In this document: positions 56,816 through 64,000 of the stretch, piece after piece | Layout of the letters: the number at the start of each line of letters is the position of its first letter | Numbering within the stretch: position 1 is the stretch's first letter | Assembly: GCF_009914755.1 (NCBI RefSeq) | Contig: NC_060925.1 | DNA: 64,000 nucleotides | Direction: 5' to 3' (one strand) | Origin: the human T2T-CHM13v2.0 reference genome, Homo sapiens | Translations under genes and position numbers: made by a program | Notes under the pieces: generated by a model | What the model was told of the DNA's origin: nothing | Seen by the model: the letters and a program-made list of their open reading frames with translations, nothing else | Database searches by the model: none

Positions 56816-58178
56816 TATATAGACTTTTAAATGCAGTTCTCCTAGCAATATTGTAAGATACACATTATCATTCCAGTTTTAAAGATAAAGAAAACTAAAG
56901 CTGAGAGTGCGTGAGAATAAAACAAGATAATAAATTAACTTGCAGGGTTTTTTGAAAATGAAAGATAATATAAATAAGTACAAGTACTGAATCCCTAACA
57001 CAGCAATAACTAACAGGTGATCCTTACAATTATTGATCAGTGATAAGTGCCAGGGTTTATTAGTGTCTCCTAACTATATGTCAGTTCTGGTCCAGGTGCA
57101 CCACAGCTGCTCATAATTTTAAACCAATGACTTGTCTTCTTTTCCTAGAAGAAGACAATTACTTCCTTTCTTCAATGTTCGTTCTAATCCTTGGTGCAAT
57201 CCCTCGATTCCCACAAAATCCATGCTTCTAATTTCTGGAGGTCATTTCACAAAATGAGATATAACTCTCCTCTGGGACTTCCTGACCCCACTTTGGGGAA
57301 TACATTCTTACATTTTTCCCAGCATTGTAAAAGAATTTCCTTCCTGGCCTTAAGGAACTGAATGTTGCCCATTTATTGTCATTTTTAGAGTTGATGGGTT
57401 GCAGCCTTGCCTGAGCACAGTCAAGCTAGCACAGCTATTGAGGCCTGTGAAAGACCAGATGATTCTACTCAAATGAACCAAGCAAGACTCCCTCAAACTC
57501 AATTTCATGTTCCAGCTTTTCTCAACTGTCACCTGGAAATGCTCATGCTCTCTGATGCTAATAAAGTACCATAAAATATTTGCTTCCCTCTGTGGGGTGG
57601 GGCTTCCATTGCCCAACACAAATAGGCAGTCCTTCCTAGGGTGCTGGTCCCACCTATGCCCCACCTTGACTACACACTCCCCCTCCTGGCACTTATGTGA
57701 CTCCTCGGGGATTTCAGTTGTGAAGGAAGACACAGAGAGGAAAGCAGAGTGAAAAGAAAAGCCAGGAGAGGGTCTGAGACAAGTTCATACTTGCTCAGAA
57801 AAGAAGACCTAAATAATAGAGTAGGAATGGACTTTGGAGACCATCTAGTTCACTGGTGAGTAAACTTCTTTACATGTGGGCCAATTCAGGAAACATGAAA
57901 ATGCTTACAGATGTGGCAGGAATGGATATTTGCAATTTAATGAACATTTTTTATGCCACATTTCCTCATACCCTACAACTGTCCTCTTTATTCTGGCAGT
58001 GGATGGAACATGAAGCATGCATTGCCTCAAAGAAAAGCTAACACAACAGGCTGAAGATCGTAATTCTCAGCTTAGGAATTTCAAAAGACTAGGCCTAGGC
58101 TTAACAATAATATTGTATCAAACTAAGCATTTTACATGCATTATCTTATTTAATCCTCACAATAATCGTATTAGATGG

Positions 58179-59063
<885 letters not shown>

Positions 59064-60058
59064 TTACTCACTACACTGTATTGCTCTGTCACATAAAGCG
59101 AGAGATTCAGAGGAATGAGTAAAAAGGTTATTCTGGGACCAGGAGGAAGAAAAGTTGGAACCGAAGAGTTCTAGATGGAAGTATAGTCTGAGAAGAGGGG
59201 CCAGGAACCCCTCTTCCAAGCCAAGAAATAGGAAAGGGAGGGAGGGAACAGGAGAAATCTAAGGCAAATAGGTTCAGAGATTTAGGAGCAAGGGGTGCCT
59301 ATGGTCTCCTTTCTCAAGGAGAAACCAGGTTAGTGACCAGACCCTTTGGGGGCAGAAGAATCAGCTGTGTAGTGTCTAGACTAGTGGTCCTGAGACAGGT
59401 TTACTGAGTTTCCCTGCTCTCCAAGGTGTCAGAGGAAGCTGCATATTGTCTTTTTGTACCCCAAAGTGACATAGTTGTGGAAACAAAGAGCTATTGGACC
59501 TAAAGAGACCCTGTGGATGGGAACAAAGAATGACTCATAGGGTCTTGCCTGGGCTACTGGCCAAGGGCAGAATGGGAGGCTGCGCTTCTCGGTGGATGCC
59601 AGCATGTGTAGATGATAAGCAAAGACCAGATGTTACCACCTGCACATATGCACACAGACAGGCACATCTTGATAAGTCAGCAAATCTTGGTCCCATGAAC
59701 TTAGATGCAACCTTATGGAAGAGATGGAATTATAGAAAGTGGATGGGTTTGGAGGGAAGACCTTAACAGCCAGATGTTAATAGAAAAGTCACTTGATTTG
59801 TAAACTTTTGGTTGCTAATCATTGATCAAGTTCAAACCTTTCATTTTTAAGACTGAAGAAACTGAGACCCACTGTTTTAAGTAACTTTAGAGTACAACAC
59901 TGAACATTTTTTAAATTATAGGATAGGGAATTAAGTCCATGTCCTCTGATGCCACAAGACCAGTGCTTTCTATTTCCTCCCTGGCCCTGTCACTTACTTA
60001 CTCAACATCTATTGAGAGACGACTGGCATCAAGTATTGGGGATTAAAAGGGGAATTCC

Positions 60059-60404
<346 letters not shown>

Positions 60405-60987
60405 TCAGGGGTCTCCATGACTAAATGTGATCCATTTGATCCTGAGAGCTGTTGTTACTACTGAGTAAACATGATCCACAAAGATGGGTCCCCAGCAGTA
60501 CCCTCATTGTCCTTGTAACTTGCATAGCGCTTTCTTGGAGAGCATGGGTGATCCCTTAAGGCCTGACCTACCCTCCTCACAAACTGTTACCCTAAGCAAG
60601 TAGCCACTGGCTTCTTTTCACAGCTTTTCATTTATAAATAATTTTTTTCTTTTAAAAAAATTAACTGTTTACATGGTTTTAATGTAAGTTTTGGAAAATG
60701 AAGATAAGAATTTTTAAAAATTATCAGTAATCTCATCTTCTAGAAAGAACCACTATTATTAGTAATATTTTCTTCCTTGCCTTCAATATACATACACACA
60801 GAGTTCCACACAATTGGAAATCAGAAACATTATTTAAATAGTTTGTTTTAATTTTCACTTATTCTTTTGAATAGAAAAATATGATTATGTGGAACAAGAT
60901 TCAAACATGCATACAATCAAAGGTAAATTTTCCTTTCTACTCTATTTTCTGCTACCCAGTACCCTTTCCAGAAGCAATCCTGTTATA

Positions 60988-61172
60988 TCAGAGAAATAGA
61001 AAAAAACCATTGTAAAATTTATATGGAACCACAAAAGACCCAGAATAGCCAAAGCTATCCTAAGCAAAAATAACAAAACTGGAGGAATCACATTATCTGA
61101 CTTCAAATTATAGTACAGAGCTATAGTAACCAAAACATCATGGTACTGGCATAAAAACAGACACATAGACCA
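60988..61172 (+). mobile_element. Internal L1 ORF2 fragment (L1PB/MA-like), no 3' end or poly-A
   Basis: atttatatggaaccacaaaagacccagaatagccaaagc..gacttcaaatta..tggcataaaaacagacacatagacca. Confidence 0.88.
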
Positions 61173-61426
61173 GGCCGGTATGCAGTAGTGACATCACGGC
61201 TCACTGCAGCCTCAATCTCCCTGGCTCAAAGCCATCCTCCTGCCTCAGCCCCCCAAGTAGCTAGGATTACAGGGAAATGCCACCACGCTGGACTAGTTTT
61301 TGTATGTTTTTGTAAAGACAGTGTTTTACCGTGTTGCCCAAGCTGGTCTCAGACTCCTGGACCCAACAATCCACCTATTTCAGCCTTCCAAAATGTTGGA
61401 ATTACAGGGGTGAGCCACCACACCCA
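61170..61426 (-). mobile_element. AluJ-type lacking 3' end and tail
   Basis: Begins at ccagg.. of the right arm; no poly-T. Confidence 0.88.
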
Positions 61427-62141
61427 TTCACTCTTAAAGATTAATTATTTTGTTCCTGTGGGTGGGTCAGTTCAACATACTGATCTCACCAATATGTTAC
61501 TATGCAAAGATTTTTGCAGAAAAAGATATGCTACATGGATATAAATTATTCTTTCTACCCCTAGGTAATATAATTACTTTTTTTTAATTTTAAAAGGAAA
61601 ATATTTGAAGCAATTTATTTTAAATCACAACAGTTCACCTAAATGATCAGAAACAAAGTGGGATATTCTTAATATGCTGCCAAGCTGGGCTGTCAGTGGA
61701 CCAGGTGGGCTGAGCCTGCAGTTTGTCTTTAACACTTGAAACAGGTTGGAAAGGGCAGAAATAGAGAAGCATTGGCATAAAGTTACCCCTCCTGTGTGGT
61801 TGACTTGAGATGTGAACATGGGCTTTCTAATTTCAAGCCAAGGCTTTTTCCCACTTCTTTCAGACATTGTGATGTAATGAAAAGAGCAAACCTCTAGGAT
61901 TTGGGGAAATGGGATGGGGAGGAATATACAAGCAGATGTAAATTGTTAAGGTTCTGGTTTTTGAGCTATCTTGAGTGATAGGTTTGTGGGTGGTTGCAGT
62001 GAACCACCAGTTGCAGTAAAAACAACAAAAATAGATAATGTACAGCCTAGTGATAACGGTGTGTCTATGAATCAATTATAATTAAATTTGGTGCAATGAA
62101 GGTACAGTTTTTTAAAATTCTGGCACTGTACCTGATAGCTA

Positions 62142-62666
<525 letters not shown>

Positions 62667-62878
62667 TTATCTGCTTCCTGGATTGTCTGCATAAAACCTC
62701 TTTTTCTCAATTATAACAAGTTGTTTTTCATCACTTGACTGCTTGAATATTTTGAATATTTTTTCTTGTTGTTGAGATTTTACTTCAACCCCCAGGAATA
62801 ATTTGCTAAAATCTCTTTAATATACTCAGATTTTTGTGCTCTATATATTTAAATGGAGAGGAAGAAATGGGAAGAGAA

Positions 62879-63339
62879 CCATAGTGAGTTGAATGGTACC
62901 CAAAAAATATATGTCCAGGCCGTCAACCCTGCAACTTGAAAATGTGACCTTATTTGGAAAAGGGTCTTTGCAGATGTTACTAAGCCTAGGATCTCAAGAT
63001 AAGATCATTCTGAATTGCCTGGGTGGGCCCTAAATCCAATGACAAATGTCTTTATAAGAGATACACAGAGTAGAGACAGTGAGAGAAAAGGAGGGGCCAC
63101 GTGAAAATGGAGGCAGAGACTGGAGTTATGCTGCCACAAGGCAAGAAATACCTGGAGCCCCCAGAAGCTGTGGAAGAGGCAAGAAAGGATTCCCCCTAGA
63201 GTCTTCAAAGGGAGCGCAGTTCTGCCAACACCTTGAGTTTGGACTTTTGGCCTCTAGAACTGTGAGAAAATACATTTCTATTGTTGTAATCCACCAAATT
63301 TGTGGTCATTTGTTATGGAAACCACAGGAAACTAACATA
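62879..63339 (+). mobile_element. MLT1B/C-type solo LTR
   Basis: aatgtgaccttatttggaaaagggtctttgcagatg..ggccctaaatccaatgac..ctagaactgtgagaaaatacatttc. Confidence 0.87.
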
Positions 63340-63556
63340 GAAACTAACATTTATTGGATCCTAGCACTCTTCTAGGAGCTTCAAACATGTTGTTTCATTT
63401 AGCCCTCAGAAGTACTTGGTAAGGCAGTATTAATTAGATGCTCATCTTTAGATGAGAAACTTACCCACCCTCACTAGGTTAATGAGTGGTAGAGCTGAGA
63501 TTAAAACTAAACTAAATTAGTCTGATCATAAAGTTCATATGAGCTATCTACTGTAA

Positions 63557-63898
<342 letters not shown>

Positions 63899-64000
63899 TA
63901 GAGAATGTGACATTGGAAAAAGTCAAGAGATCTTCTTTTATCCATAAAGGTAAAATAATTTCACCATATAAGTGCTCATAAATATTTACTGTCTGCTTGA

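Overview
Human genomic DNA; a human-specific L1HS pre-Ta insertion at ~29.2-29.6 kb fixes the species. It is intronic or intergenic and dominated by transposable elements, and I recognise no host protein-coding exon, RNA gene or CRISPR array. Main content: two full-length but dead primate L1s (L1PA8-like on -, 2987-9525; L1PA6/7-like on +, ~22434-28940, interrupted by an AluY); a 5'-truncated L1HS pre-Ta; 22 Alus; and a 13-kb nested LTR stack (MST MaLR provirus > complete HERV-L/MLT2A1 provirus with gag, pol and dUTPase remnants > two ERVK solo LTRs and two Alus). Older L1M, L2, MIR, MLT1 and DNA-transposon fragments fill much of the rest. I see no evidence for a new multi-gene system. The most unusual signals are: in-frame templated peptide insertions inside the L1PA8 copied from elsewhere in L1; an L1 and an Alu inserted head-to-head at the same nick position; a ~1.45-kb AT VNTR in only one HERV-L LTR; reciprocal loss of DUX4-like motifs between the two LTRs; a decayed retroviral/Gypsy-like RT-integrase fossil at 34.5-35.65 kb; and several DNA-repair-type templated insertion scars. 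Subfamily names come from my recall of consensus sequences, not from a database search.
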